A program made the translations under genes and the position numbers. The notes under the pieces were generated by a model. That model was not told where the DNA came from. It did no database searches and saw nothing but the letters and a program-made list of their open reading frames with translations. Below are positions 47,429 through 48,180 of a stretch of DNA of 48,180 nucleotides, one piece after another. The stretch's first letter is position 1; every line of letters begins with the position of its first letter. Source of the stretch: Minisyncoccota bacterium. Its GTDB lineage: Bacteria; Patescibacteriota; Minisyncoccia; 2-02-FULL-40-12; GWA2-44-9. Where the stretch lies: positions 471,168 to 519,347 of the forward strand of contig CP129474.1 of assembly GCA_030583765.1 (NCBI GenBank), in the 5' to 3' direction.

Positions 47429-48180
47429 ATGAAACGCTATAAACCAACAACTGCATCGCGTCGCCACATGTCCGCATATGATACGGCGGGTTTGACCGAT
47501 ATCGCACCGCTTCGTTCTCGTACGAAGGGTTTCCACCGTGCGGTTGGGCGCAACAACCAAGGCCGCATTACCAGTTTCCACCGTGGCGGCGGCAACAAGC
47601 GTCTTTTCCGCGACATTGATTTCAGGCAACAGAAATATGACATTCAAGGCATTGTCGCGGCTCTTGAGTACGATCCAAATCGTACAGCACGCATCGCTCG
47701 CGTACACTATCCAGATGGCGATAAGCGCTATATCATTGCGCCTCAAGGCCTCTCGGTTGGCGACACCGTCATTAACGCGTCACGTGCACCTATTCGTGTA
47801 GGAAATCGTATGCAGCTCGCGAACATTCCTCAGGGCACTATCGTGCATAATATCGAGCTGCGCCCGGGTCAAGGTGGCCGCATTGTTCGCTCCGCTGGCA
47901 GTGGCGCCACCGTTCTCGCGAGTGATGCAGGATACGTACAGGTGGTCATGCCTTCATCTGAAGTGCGCCTCGTTCCTGGCGAGTGCTATGCCTCGATTGG
48001 TCAGGTTTCGAATGCAGAGCATGCTCTCGTTACATTGGGTAAGGCTGGCCGCTCACGCTGGCTCGGCCGTCGTCCAAAGGTTCGTGGCACTGCTATGAAC
48101 CCAGTGGATCACCCACATGGTGGTGGTGAGGGTCGCCAAGGTCGCGGTACGCGTCGTCCAAAGACACGCCACGGTAAGAT
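47429..48180 (+). CDS. rplB: 50S ribosomal protein L2 (3' end outside window)
   Basis: My own translation from ATG 47429 gives MKRYKPTTASRRHMS...GRRPKVRGTAMNPVDHPHGGGEG. It is open to the window end, so it is absent from the ORF track. Confidence 0.93.
   Translation, partial: MKRYKPTTASRRHMSAYDTAGLTDIAPLRSRTKGFHRAVGRNNQGRITSFHRGGGNKRLFRDIDFRQQKYDIQGIVAALEYDPNRTARIARVHYPDGDKRYIIAPQGLSVGDTVINASRAPIRVGNRMQLANIPQGTIVHNIELRPGQGGRIVRSAGSGATVLASDAGYVQVVMPSSEVRLVPGECYASIGQVSNAEHALVTLGKAGRSRWLGRRPKVRGTAMNPVDHPHGGGEGRQGRGTRRPKTRHGK

Overview
This 48.2-kb chromosomal window is about 50% GC by eye, and its gene content and 16S sequence suggest a small-genome CPR/Patescibacteria-like bacterium (inference, not a database result). 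Most of it is housekeeping: leuS (partial), a ylqC-like KH protein, trmD, a stand-alone 16S rRNA gene, rnhB, gap, a split transketolase, a family-4 UDG, tRNA-Ile/tRNA-Ala, rmuC, H+-pyrophosphatase, pth, lepB, hisS, HIT, rpsU, yqeY, ybeY, ftsA, ftsZ, class II RNR, ComEC (two ORFs), ndk, tRNA-Pro, rpmB and an rpsL-rpsG-fusA-tuf-rpsJ-rplCDWB block. The standout is a complete diversity-generating retroelement (DGR) at 20.7-23.7 kb. It has a 126-nt template repeat (TR) and a 126-nt variable repeat (VR) that differ at 12 positions, every one a TR adenine. It also has a DGR-type reverse transcriptase, an Avd-like accessory protein, and a GC-rich target gene with no visible signal peptide. Its layout is unusual: VR is inverted relative to TR, avd lies antisense between TR and RT, and the avd and RT start codons are 4 nt apart and divergent. 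Other notable items: (1) a full tRNA-Ile(GAU) gene nested between an extra 5' half and two extra 3' fragments of itself; (2) a ~110-nt GC-rich structured repeat present twice, each time next to a tRNA and closed by inverted copies of T-arm sequence; (3) a 16S gene with its own promoter, processing stem and terminator and no 23S, with the classic spacer pair tRNA-Ile/tRNA-Ala stranded 12 kb away; (4) tandem paralogous gene cassettes with duplicated promoter and terminator; (5) a ~200-nt unclassified structured RNA candidate; (6) several GC-rich orphan ORFs inserted into conserved operons. All coordinates and counts come from manual reading and should be recomputed.
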